DNA from: Caecitellus pseudoparvulus
Lineage: Eukaryota > Protista > Bigyra: Bicosoecida
Length of the DNA stretch: 64,000 nt
NCBI GenBank assembly: GCA_965644315.1
Contig: CBFFRQ010000002.1
Location: forward strand, 1 to 64,000
Reading direction: 5' to 3'
In this document: in pieces, positions 37,020 to 49,000 of the stretch
How positions within the stretch are numbered: the first letter of the stretch is position 1
How the letters are laid out: each line of letters begins with the position of its first letter
Translations under genes and position numbers: made by a program
Notes under the pieces: model-generated
What the model was told of the DNA's origin: nothing
Databases searched by the model: none
What the model saw: only the letters and a program-made list of their open reading frames with translations

Positions 37020-40000
37020 ATGGCGCTGAAGGCGTTTGACAAACCGGCTCTTGGGCTTGTCCTGCTCTGCCTGGCGGCTGTCTACGGTGCGTGAGGCAAA
37101 GGGATGAAACGCCGGCTCATTCCGCATCTGCGCCGCCCTCCGCTGCCCCCATTTCAGGCTGTGCTGCTGCCCAGGATAATGCTTCTGAGCTGTCACCTCC
37201 ATCTTGTGTGTCAGGTGGCGTCGGTTCGCCCACTCGAGTGTACCAGATCTCGTCTGGAGGTGCCTCAGGTCGCGTTGCCACCACCTGCACCGTGTCTGTT
37301 TCTGAGACGTGTGACAGCCTGAGCTCAGCCTCTGAGGGCTCCGTCACCCTGTTGACAGCACATGCATGTGCTGGTGCCCACCGTGATGCAAGCCGGCGGT
37401 GGCAGTTCCTGCCGCCCGATGCCGACGTCATGTCAGGGCTCGGCCTGCGTCCAGGACACACCATCGCTTCCCGCCATCACGCCAACGGCACGCTGGCCGT
37501 CGTCTTCCAGAGTCCTGATACAGTAGATGCCAAGGGAAACAACTAGTGAGTTTCCAACGCCGCCTTGTCTTCACAGGCATGCTCCCTGTGCACGTGCGTC
37601 ATGCGGCATTTCCGAACCTCGCCAAACCTCGCAGCTTGAAGAACGTGGCACAGCTCCTTGTGCCCGTCGTGCACCCAACTCAGCGGCGCCAGCTTTCCTC
37701 CTGTGGAACCTTCGAGGCTCATTCATCTGGGCTGGAGTTCGACGGCATGGGCGTGGCGGAGTGGGAATACTCTGTTACCTCGGCCAGCGCGGAGGAGTGT
37801 GCGCCTGTTGTTCTGAGCAAGAGCACGCACACGGCACGGTATTTGAGCGGATTTGACCCCAAGCGCCACCCCGAGACCTCGAAGTTTGTTGACCACGTCT
37901 TTGCGCCACGGTCGGCGGCTCCCGCGCGTGTTGGCGGCTCGTTCCACCTGCGTGCCCAGCCCGCCGCAGACGAAGAAGACATCACCATGGCGCCTGCCGT
38001 GGAGAAGCCACACCTCAAGTCCCAAGCCGCCTTTGCCGGGCAAAACGCTGCTTCGACTGATCCTGTCTTCAAGTCTCATCACATCACCTTCCACGCGCTG
38101 CTGACACACGTGGTTTCCGGTGACGGCGTGGTGGAGCAGGTTGATGCTGAGGACGCTTGCACTGTGGCCTTGCCTGACGGGCGCCATGCCGACGACTTGC
38201 TCTGCTCCCCCCAATTCCTTGCTCGTGGCTCCACACGAGAGTTGCCGGTAGAACTGCAGTCTGCCGCTGTTGCCCTCGCCGGGACAGTCCTGCAGGTGCA
38301 CCCTCGTTCGCTTTCCCGCCGCCTGTTGCACGCCCCGGCACACGAGGCGCACGGCAGCACGCTGCTCGAGGGCTCCTTCCTGGACCTGCCCGTGGACTCA
38401 GATGAAGGTATGCGGGAGTCCACACAGACTGTGCTGGAGCGTGTCGGGTCTGCAGGTCTGTTGGCCGCGATGCTGCGCTGCTTCGAGCTGTCTCCACGGG
38501 GCGGCGGTGAGGACGTGAACACCGCCAAGGAGGCGTTTGGAGTGGACCCAGCCGCGTGTCCCCACGTCCTCGCTGACGCCATGCAGCACGATCAGCACGT
38601 GCGGGGCGAAGTGTTTGCGCTCATCACGTCTCGGGAGGAGCTGGGCCTGCTGTCCAATGAGGTCGTCTCGCGCTTGCTGTCCTCAGTTGCCCTGTTCGGC
38701 GACGACGAGGCACAGGCTGCGCTGCTGCACCTCATGACCTCCCAGCATGTGGATGAGCGGGGGGATGACTTTCTGAACCACATCACCGGTGCGTTCATGA
38801 TGATGCCCTCCCCCAGCGAAGGCACCGTGGACTCCATGCTCCGCGAGCTGCGGGGCGAGACGCTGGACTGGTTCCACCGTGCCCGCGTGCTGCTGGCGCT
38901 GGCCTCCATGGGCAACACGTTTGACGCTGACCACCCTGCCCGGGCTCGCATTCTGTCTGCCCTGGATGAGGAGTGGACAGTGGCATCTGCTCTCCACGAG
39001 GCAGCCGACCGCGTGTGGGCGCATTACCTTGCCGAGGCGCAGCGGCACCTGGAAGACATGTCAGACATGGATCAGCACAGGTGGTTGCTGGCCGTGCGTG
39101 CGTGGGACACCCCACAGGCGTCACAGGAAGCCTGGGACCACGCAGACGAGCGCGAGCGGGCCGAGTGGAAGGAGGACCTGCTGCACGCCTTCGCCGGCGA
39201 GATCAAGGCTGCTGAGGACGACAAGCGAGCAGCGGAGGCTGCTCGGCAACACGCCGCTGAGGTGTGCCGCCAGCCTGAATCGCTGGCTCGCCATCTGCGC
39301 ACGATTGAAGCCGCCTTTGCTCCCGACGGGGGCAGGAGTGCCCTGCCCCGTGAGCTGCGAGACGGGGAAGCCGACGAACTGTCCCCTGCGGCGCATCGCC
39401 TGCTGGCGCAGCGACTGTGCGAGGGGGTGGAGGCTGAGGCCGCCCATGCCTCAGGCTCCGTGCCTTCTTTCGCCTGGAACTCTACGTCTGCTTACGATGA
39501 CATCACTGCCGGGATTCCAGAGGAGGAGGTGGGGGATTTCGTGCACATTTCGTCCCGTGGCCCGACACACGGTCGCCGCGGCCTGTCCCAGCACGAGCAG
39601 TTGTTGGAAGCGCTGCCCTCGCTGGGGAACGCCATGTCTGGTCTGGCCACGCTCATCCACGCCTATGCCAATATGCGGGAGGAGGGGCGCCTTACGCGCC
39701 TGACGCCTTTCCTGCAGCACAAGTCTCGCCACTTGCGTCAGCACGCTATTTCCGCCCTTGAGCACTGGCCCTCTGCTCTGGAAGGTCTGCAAGATGTTCT
39801 GGCAGAGGCGCTGGACTCCCCCACCGAGGACAACGTTATGCGTGCCACTGCGCTGAGCAGCTTGGCCAACCTGCCCCGTGGCACGTTGCGTCCTCGTGCT
39901 CTGCGGGCAGTTACGCACATCGTGGATGTTGGGCACGCCCGCCAGTGGCGCCGCTGCTCTGCTGCGTGCACTGAGAAGTGTGTGCGCCGCGACCAGGGCC

Positions 40001-43000
40001 GTTGTCAGAAGCGCTGCGACAAGCAGTGCAGCTTTGACTTCTCCATGATGCAGGCGGCTGCCCAAGTCCTGGCCAGCCACATCCCCGTGCCAGGCTCGGA
40101 CGCTGGCATCCCCGAGGACTCCTTCGGGCGCCAGTACTACCAGCCCTTCCAGACCAGCGAAGCCCAGCGAGCTGCTGCAGCAGAGGACATCGCGAAGGCT
40201 GTTGGGTTCCCTTCCTCAGGCCGCGCTCTTGGCGCTGCCGCCCCTCGCCGCCGCGAGCTGAAGGAGTGGTGGGAGACCATTGCGGAGATCTTGAACCCGT
40301 CCTGGACCAAGATCTACTTCCGCCTGGGCAGCAAGGAGGGCTGGGAGAAGTGGCTGGGCAACACCGAGTTTGGCCTGTACGCTGGCATCCGCCTGGAGAA
40401 CAGCCTGGAGCTGAGCCTGGGCTTGTTCGGCGGATTCTTCGAAGTGGACGTGTTCAACACGGCCCGCCTGTCTGCGTTCATCCTCGGTTTCGAGATCAAG
40501 CTCATCGACGCGAAGGCCGCGGTGAACTTTGGCTTTGAGTTTGTGGGGCTGATCCCTCGTGACCTGCTGGAGAAGTTCAACAACGCGTTCGACTCCTTCG
40601 TGACAGCTGTTAAGTCCATCATCGAGCGCATCATCGGCATTGCGCAAAAGGTGGAAGATACTCTGAGACTGGCAGTCACTTACTTTGACAGGGTGGACAA
40701 CGAAGTGGCCATGTGGACCGACCGTGTCAACAACTTCATTCTCATCCTGAAGGACGCTCGCGAGTTCACGCGGCAGGTGGACCGTTTCATGGACCAGGCG
40801 GAAGAGTTCCTGAAGGTGGCAGATGTCATCCAGCAGATCTCAGACCAGTTCGACAAGGTTGAGGAACTCATCGACAGCATTACGGCTGACGACATCATCG
40901 ACTTCGTCGAGGAGCACTTCGAGAAGGTCAACGAGTGGTACGAGGTTGTGCGCAACTACTCCTCCAAGGCGCTGGGCGTGCTGAACACCGTGGATGGCCT
41001 CATTGGCAAGGGTGCTGGCATTGTGGACAAGGTTGCAGATGGTGCCGTTCAGGTGAACGAGACTGTGCACATCATCACCAGCGCCATTCGCTCCTCCAAG
41101 GACACGCTCCTCATGGTGGCAGACGCCGCCGACAACTCCCTCGGGGACCTGACTGGCAACGTCGTGGGCGTGCTGGACAAGGCTCTCGGCTCTGACATTG
41201 CGGAGCTGACGAAACCCTTTGCCAACATCTCCAGTTTCATGGACGCCTCTACAAACGTCATCAAACGCTTTGTGGAGCAGCTGGATGTGTCCACGCTGGA
41301 GGACCTGGCAGCTGACCCGCTCAGTGCGCTGGCATCTGCTGCCGGCGCCGCTTTCGACACGCTGCTTGGTAAGGCGCTGCAGGAGCTGCTGGCTGGGGCG
41401 AAGGGCTTCATGAAGTCAGCTATCGGTGTAGGCCTTCCCGATGGCCTCCCGTTTGGCTCTGCGCCTGTGAAGGCCCTGGAGGGGCTTCTCGATGGCGCGT
41501 TCAGTCCGGCAGGGCTAGCGGACCTCGTCTCTGACCTGCTGAGTTCTGTGGGAGACATCGTGGGGGAGGGAGCCGGTAAGATTGCTGACCTGGTGAACGA
41601 GTTCCTGCAGGAGGGCCTGCAGGTCATCAACATGGAGGGGGCGCGCTCCGCTGTCGTCAACGCCGCAAAGCGCGTGGTGCAGGCTCTGAGTGCTGACCCC
41701 TTTGACGGCTCTGGTGCCAGCTCTGGTGGTGGTGTCCTGAGCACGCTCAGTAGCATCGCTTCGGCCAGCGGCGGTCCCGTCGCCGATGGCTCAGGCTTGG
41801 ACCTGGACAGCATCGCTTCCGCCCTGGAGGCTGTGCGTGGAGACATTGGCGGGAGCCTCTCCGACGCCGCAAGCCAAGCCTGGACTGAAGCAGTGCTGCC
41901 AGCGGTGCAGCCACTGCTGGCCAACATTACGGGCGTCGCAGGCAGCTCGGTGACCGAGGCCCTGCAGGGCTTGCTCGGTGACTGCGACATTACCGCTCTG
42001 ACCTGTGACACTGCCGGCCCTGCTGCAAAGGCGTTTTCCTCTGCGGTGCTGGAGCAGATTTCCGGCCACCCAGCTTTGCCAGCCCTGGAGCCCTCTGCAC
42101 TCGTTAACAGCTTGATCGAGCGCATTAAGGCCTCGTTGGGACAGGAAGCCACCGGGCTCTTGAGCCTGGCCTTGCCAGCCGGTAGCGAGGCTGCCGGGTT
42201 GCTGGCCAGCGCCAAGGACATGTGGGAACAGCAATCGTCGGTCGCCTTGCGGCACTTGAAGGCTGTTCCGAATGCCCTGCCGAAGCTGGAAAGCACCCTG
42301 GCTGAGCTCATTGATGAGGCCTCTGACAAGATTGGGAGTCTCACTTCTGAGCTTGATGGATACACTGATGCCCTGCGCTCCGAGGTGACAGACCTCTTGG
42401 CGCAGCAATCCTCCACTCTGCCTGCATATGCAGAAGCTCAGGCGGTGGCTGTTGCTCTGACGAACGTCTCGCAGGCACTTGTGCTGGCTGTGGAGAGCAG
42501 CTCGTTTTCAGGACCTGACGGGGAGCTCGGCGGCACAGTGGACCTGCTGGTGCAAGTGTCTCAGGACTGCCTTGCTGTCCCTGGTGCTGGCGTGCTGCGA
42601 AAGCCATGCTCGACTGCGTTGACCGCCGCCCGCGTCCTGCGACCCTCTGTACAGGCGATGCACGCCATCGTCACGGCGGCGTCTGGGTCGAACAATGTCT
42701 TGACGTCCCAGGACAACCTGAAAGCTGTGTTGAACGCGGCTATGGACGCCTGGGGTGATGCCGTGGAGGACTGGCTGACGCAGTGGCAGGCGCGCGCGTC
42801 GTTTTCGACCTCCTTTATCCCGGCAGCTATTGAGTTGGCGGCAGAGGTGCAGGCTGCAGTTGTGGAATCTCCAGAGGCCCAGGCAGCAGCATGCCTTGCC
42901 GATACATTCTCTGCTGAGCAACGCCAGGGGCTTGCCAAGTCCGCAGGCTTGTGTGCCAGTGTGATTCGGGGGGTGCCTGACCTTACTCTGTCTGACGCTT

Positions 43001-46000
43001 TGACTGCTATTCCAGAGGCCATCTTGGCCTGCGCAGGGACGGTCCAGGCGCTAGAAGCTTCCTCTTGTGGCCTTGTCTCCCTGGACGCCTTTACAGAGGA
43101 AGCCGCTGCGCTTAGTCTCCCCGTGGGCGCATCTGAGGTCGAGTCAGGGGTCCTCACCGCCGTGGCTTGGTTGGCCCGGCTCCGCGCAGGCGCCAACCTG
43201 GTCACCGGCTCGGTCGACGCTGTGAAGAGTGCTGCACAGTTGCGCCTGCTGTCCCCCGAGGCCTTGCTCGCCATTGTATCGTCTGAGGATGGTGGCAGTT
43301 TGATGGCCACCTTGGATGAGCTGCAAGTGGCAGCAGCTCCCATCGCACAAGCCGCAAATTCGCTCAAGGCTCAGGGCGCCGCCTTGGCTTCGTGGAAGCT
43401 TGTGCGCAGCGTGTCAGCCGGAAGCGGCTTCACCGCACCACCGTCTGTGCCATTGGAGGAGCTCTTGTCTTTTGACCTTGACGTCGCTGGATTGCTCAAG
43501 TCAATGAAGGCCGTCCGGGAGGGTGCCCGGGCCATCGGTTCTTTTGCCATGGCCACGAAAGCCGCAGGTGACTGGCTTCGCGGGATGGCGTCCGACCCAT
43601 CTGCTGCTCAGGCAAGCAAGCTGAACGCGACAGTTTGGACCCTCGTCGACGCTGCCTCTGCCGCCGCGGGCGCGCTGGCGGTGATCGATGGCGGAAGTGC
43701 TGCGTCTGGACTGCATGAGGCACGCATGGCTCTCCTGTCACTGCAAGTCGAGGCTATGTCGCTGGCTGACGAATTGGAGGGCCAAGTGGCGGGTTCTGTG
43801 CAAGTGCTTCGTCGCTTGAATGAGACGGTGCTTGGCGTCGCACTGGATGTTGAGATGATTTCGGACCTCGCGGCGCTGTCTGCCGCTGTAGAGGAGGCCG
43901 CAGAAGATGCGGCCTTGCGAGGCGCTCCGGTGCCTCAGGTGGTGTCTCGCACTACACAGCTGCTGGCTGACCTCGGTGTCGGTGGGGCTCTTCCTGCCCT
44001 GGCACGCCTCAGCAAGTATGTGACCGCCTTCAGCGATGTGATGCAGTTGCTTCCCCCTGTTGTCGAAGCGTGGCTTGAGGTGGACGCTTCGCTTCCTGTT
44101 GCAGTCTCTGCCGTTGCCTCTCTTGAGTTCAGTGCCAACCCGATGGAGTGGCAAGTGAACGGGGCTGTGAGTGCAGGTGCTGACGCTGCCCGCTCCGTGC
44201 ACGGCGTGGTTGTCGCGGTCGAGGCAGTCCTTGTGGCGCTTCCCGACGTTCCCTTGCCTCAAGCTGCCCTCGCTCGTGTCGGTGCTGTGGCTAGCGAAGC
44301 TGTGCCGGGTGCCGCGACCCTCGCCAAGTTGCAGCGCGCGGCTGATGTGCTTGTTGCAACTGCCGAGGTTGTGCAGCACGTACCTGCGATTGTCGACGCC
44401 GTTCGGAGTGTGGTCAGCGCAGTGAGCGGGGATCCTGCTGCCTTGCTCGATGCAGGCGCTCACGTGCTTGCCAATGAGCTTGAAGTGATGGCAAACGCCA
44501 CAGACGCACTGGTCGAGTCCGTGCTGCAGCACTCAGCACTCGTGTCCCTGCCAGGGTTCACAGTGTCCCGTGGGCAGTCCCTGTCTAAAGCTGTGCGATC
44601 CGTCGTCATCTTGGCTGAGGTGTGGGCTGCCACCACAGAAGTCGTGCAAGCAGTGCCGCCCGTAGTGTCTGCTGTGGCTGGCGCCTCTTCACCGGCTGAC
44701 CCTGTCCCCGCCATTCAGGCGCTGGGGGAGGAGTTGCAGGCGTGGGTGGTGCTTGTGGACCGCCACGCCTCCAACGCGGGGCTAGATACATCTGGCATCC
44801 AAGCAGCCGCCGTTTCTGCCGCACAAAAGGCAGAGGCTGCCGCCGCTCGTGCCGTGCAGAAGTTCTTGGCGCCCATCCACAAACTGCTCCCGTCTGCCCG
44901 TGCTGTGGCCTCTTTGATTTCAGCTGTCGAGACTGGGGAAGGTGCCTTCACTGCTGCAGTTTCCATCACGTCACTTTCTCTCGACGAAGCCGGCGATGCG
45001 CTGCTGGACGGCACGGTCGTCATGGCCGCGGCCCAGGCCGCAGATGCCATGGCGACCACCGTCGAGGTGCTGCACGGCTCCGGGCTGCCCAAGATCGCTG
45101 CGCGACTTCCTGACCCATCCAAGCTCACCGCAATCTCCCAAAAGCTGCGCCACGCCCAGGCCCTTGGCTCGTGGCTGGTTCAGTCTGGGCGTGCCGCAGT
45201 GTCGGCAGTTGAAGCCCTTGCGTCCTCGTCGGCAGCTCGGAAGGATGTGGCTGGCGTCCTTGAGCGTACATTCAAGGCGGCGAGCGTAGCCTGCGGCACA
45301 AACTGCTCCCTGGCCATCTCTGCCCTGCCTGTAAATGTGTCGGTCAAGGTGGAAGGAGTCCGCAGCCTGCTTGTTGTGGGGGCGGAGGTCGCTGGCATCG
45401 CCGCCTCTGGAGTGCAAGCCGTGACTGGACTGGTTGAGGCCATCGGGGATGGCGAAATCCGCGAGGCCATTTCTGTCGTACGCAAGGATGTGCTGCCCCT
45501 GGTTGACCGTGTGGCTAGTTTGGGTGACCTGCCCCTGGTGAACCTTCGGCCCTTGCTTGGCTTGGCTCCAGTTGACACGCTCACGCGCGTCGCGACGGCT
45601 GCAGGAAACGCCCGAGACTCTGTTGTGAACGCCATCGCTGACGCCACTGGTCTCAAACCTGAGCACATCTGGCCATTGCCGCTTGACAGCCTGCTTTCGG
45701 CTGCGGACACGGCTGAGCGGGTCGTGGATGAGCTGAAGGGCGCCCTGAACTCAATGGGGCCTGCCATGGTGGAGGACGCAGCCGCCTCGCTGAACGCATT
45801 TGCCCAGGATGGCCCAGATGGCTACAGCTTGCTGCAACGACTGACAGATGCAGTGCAAGATTCGTTGGGCGCATCTCTGGACGCACTGGAGTCTGGCGTG
45901 CTCCGTCGGGCCCCGGACGGCTCTGGGGCTCAGCTGGCCCAGTTGGAGTCTATGCTTGAGGCATTGAACGCGACAAGCCTGACCACCAGTGAAGGTGCGT

Positions 46001-49000
46001 CCGGCGAGTTCGGCTCCTCTGCCGGCTCCATCATCGCAGCCCTCCTTCAAGGTGGCTACAACTCCAGCACCTTCGTGCCCTCGGTGTCGGGCATTGCGTC
46101 AGCTGCTCTTGCCGCTGGTCAGGATCTTGCCATGAAAGAAGTGCATTCCGCAAAGCACAAGCTGGAGCCCTGGCTGGACGAGCTTGTGGGTGTGCTGCCA
46201 GCGGGTGTGTCCAGTTCAGGGACAGGTTCCTTGCTGCAGACTGGAGCGGGCGTGTTGACTGGACGGCTCCCAGCTCAAGCCATCATGGATGAAGCAATTT
46301 CGTTTGCCTCACAGCAGGCGCTCGCGGTGTGGCAGGCAAACAAGAACTCCATAATCGAAGTCGTGGGCGCAGCACTGCAGCACGCACGCCCAGTGCAAGC
46401 TGCTTTAGAGGCAATTTCTGCCGAGCTCAAGGCTGCCAGGCCCGCAGTCATCTTGAAAGACGCCGTTAAGCTGGTGGCGAGCATTTCAAATGCTCTTGCA
46501 GACAGGTACGAGTTTGCAGAGGAGGGCACGCAGCCGCTCTCGTATGCGCCCGCCGCTGCCGCGATCGAGGAGCTCAACGCAGCCTTGGCAGAGGTGCAGC
46601 TGCAGCTGCAACTCGCCATCCCTTGTCTGGAGAGCTGCGATGACGGCATCGATGTCCAGGCTGCCTTGGAAGCCTCATTCACCTCGGTTAACAACCTCGC
46701 AGCACAGGTCATGCGCACCGCTCGTGCCTTGGCAGCTGCAAAGAAGGCCCTGCACCCGCAGCTGCACCCCGAGCTGTATGCAGACTTGACACCCGGCGGA
46801 GAGGCAGCACTGTTTGACGCACGTGCACTGTTCGCCCGTCGCTCAGATGCTGGGGACCTTGCTGAGATTGCGATCAACGCCACGCTCGTCTTGGATCTTC
46901 CCTTGGATGCCACTCTGCGGACCATCACCTCTGTCACTGCTGCGCTGCAGCTGCCAGTGTCCATCGCTGGAATCTTCAAGGACGCGTCAGTGGCTGCGAG
47001 CCAAGGACAGCCCCCATTGGACGTCTTCATGGATGCCGTTCGATCCCTGGACGTGGCTGCTTTGACGCCTCATGCGTGGGTGCTGCAGGCCATTCTGCCT
47101 GTCGAGCCTGAGACAGCAATCGCTGAGGTTGTTGCTGCTGTCGGGGCCGCCCGCAGTGCAGTTAGCAAGGTGCAGGGCGTCGCCTCTGCATCTGCCCGCA
47201 CTGTCAAGACCCTGGCTTCGGCTTTGCGCTCCGCCGAGGTGTCTGCATCTGGCTTGAGTCGCGCCTTGTCCGCTGGAGAAAGCCCACTGGCATTGCAGCC
47301 ACAAACCCAGGCACTGCTGCGCTCTACGTGCGACATCGTGCAGACTGCAGCACAGCTGCCAGAGAAGGACCCGGTCGCTCAAGCAGTTGCCCCAGCGGCC
47401 AAGGTGATTCTGAATGTCCTCCCGGCCCCGACAACTTCTGAGACTAGCTGCGCGGAGATGGAGGGGTCCGTGTCCAAGGCCATGGCAGTGCTGAACCTCG
47501 TGCAGACCCTGGATGGCCTGCCACTCAATGAGGTGCAGGATATCGGCAGTTTTGTATCCCTACTTGGCACTGCAGCAGTGCCTCTGGCGCACGGCAAGCC
47601 CACTGGCCCATTCAAGGATATTCTCCAGCTTGCCCTGCAGGGCACCCTGAACGATATGCGCGCTGCATTGAGCAGCGAGCTGTCGACCAGTGACGAGGAG
47701 ACGCTGCTGGCTGCTGTTGACGGTCTGAGCTCGTTGGTTGAGGCCATTCAAGCCCGTCCTTTTTCGCTACAGGCTCTTGTTCAGGCTGCAACCAAGGCTG
47801 TGAATGTCACGGCGCCGCTTGCTGAGCTGAAGGCACCTGAGGGGCTGGCGGATCAGGTATGCACCACGACGGCCATTCCTTCCAACGTAACAGCCACACT
47901 GCAGGTGGGTGTCCCGGGGTACGAAGCAGTGATTGTTGCAGACGTTGACGTGCGGTCTGAGTGCCGAGAGGTCGTGGCTCTTCTCGATGCTGCCGGCTCC
48001 GCCACAGTGAATGCTGCCGTGGGGCTTGCAAAGTCGTCGGGCATCATTTCCCGTCTCGCACAGCTGCAGCAAGCTGTGGAGGCTGCGGCGTGGCTTAAGC
48101 CGATGCTGAGCCTCTTGGCTGACGGCGCGAAGGATGCGCTGCTGCCAGTTCTCAAGCAGGCAGTATCCCAGGTGATTGGGTCTGCTGCAGGCGGGATTTC
48201 AGATTCATCCCCTGAAGCTGCAACAGCCATGGACACGCTGCGAACGCTCGTTGGCATGTTCAAGGACGTTTTTGTCGACGGCCTCAGCGTTGAAGGCGTG
48301 GTCGACCAGATCACGTCTTCTGCAGAAAAGGCAGCGCAGGGATGTGTTGATGGTAGCATCACAGATGATGTTGCGTCCTTGTGCTTTGCGACTGCGACGC
48401 GATTCGAGCTGTCCACTGAGTGTGTGGCCACGATTGTGGACACCTGCGCGGCGGTGCAGCGCGTCAAGGATTCCGACGGTGCAGCTGCCGTTGTGGGCGG
48501 TGTGAAGTTGCTGCACAGCCTCGCACACCTGCAGGCTATTGCCCCTGGCGCTCTGGAAGCTGCCGAGGAGTGGAAAGACGTACAGGCGCTCGCAAGTGTT
48601 GTGCAGGACTCATGGCCCCAGCTCGATCTGCTCGGCAGCGTGCCTGGCTTGAGCAATGTGCTTGCCAAGTCTGGCGACATTTTCCTAGCCGTCGAGACGG
48701 TTCTGTCCTTCGCAGAGGTTCTCCGCAAGCTGCCCGACGTTGCATCGCACGCCGCTGCATCTCAATCTGCTGTAACTGCGCTGTCCCCCGGCGACGATGC
48801 TGCGTCTGTAGTCCTGAGTGCCCTAAGCAACTTGGCAAAGGACCCCGTAATGGAGTCTAGCGCGCAAATCGCCCAAGTTGGCAAGATCCTGGAGCGCAGC
48901 AAAGCGGCTGTCTCTGACCTCATTGCCACGACCCCAGGCCTTTCTGCCACTGAGCGAGATGCGCTTCGAAGCGTCGTCTCGGGCGCCGTGTCTGTGCAGG

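Noticed and set aside
36184-37029. 281-aa plus-strand ORF spanning the spacer between the giants
   Set aside because: It has a non-ATG start, a random-looking composition and no motifs, and it overlaps the true start at 37020 out of frame.
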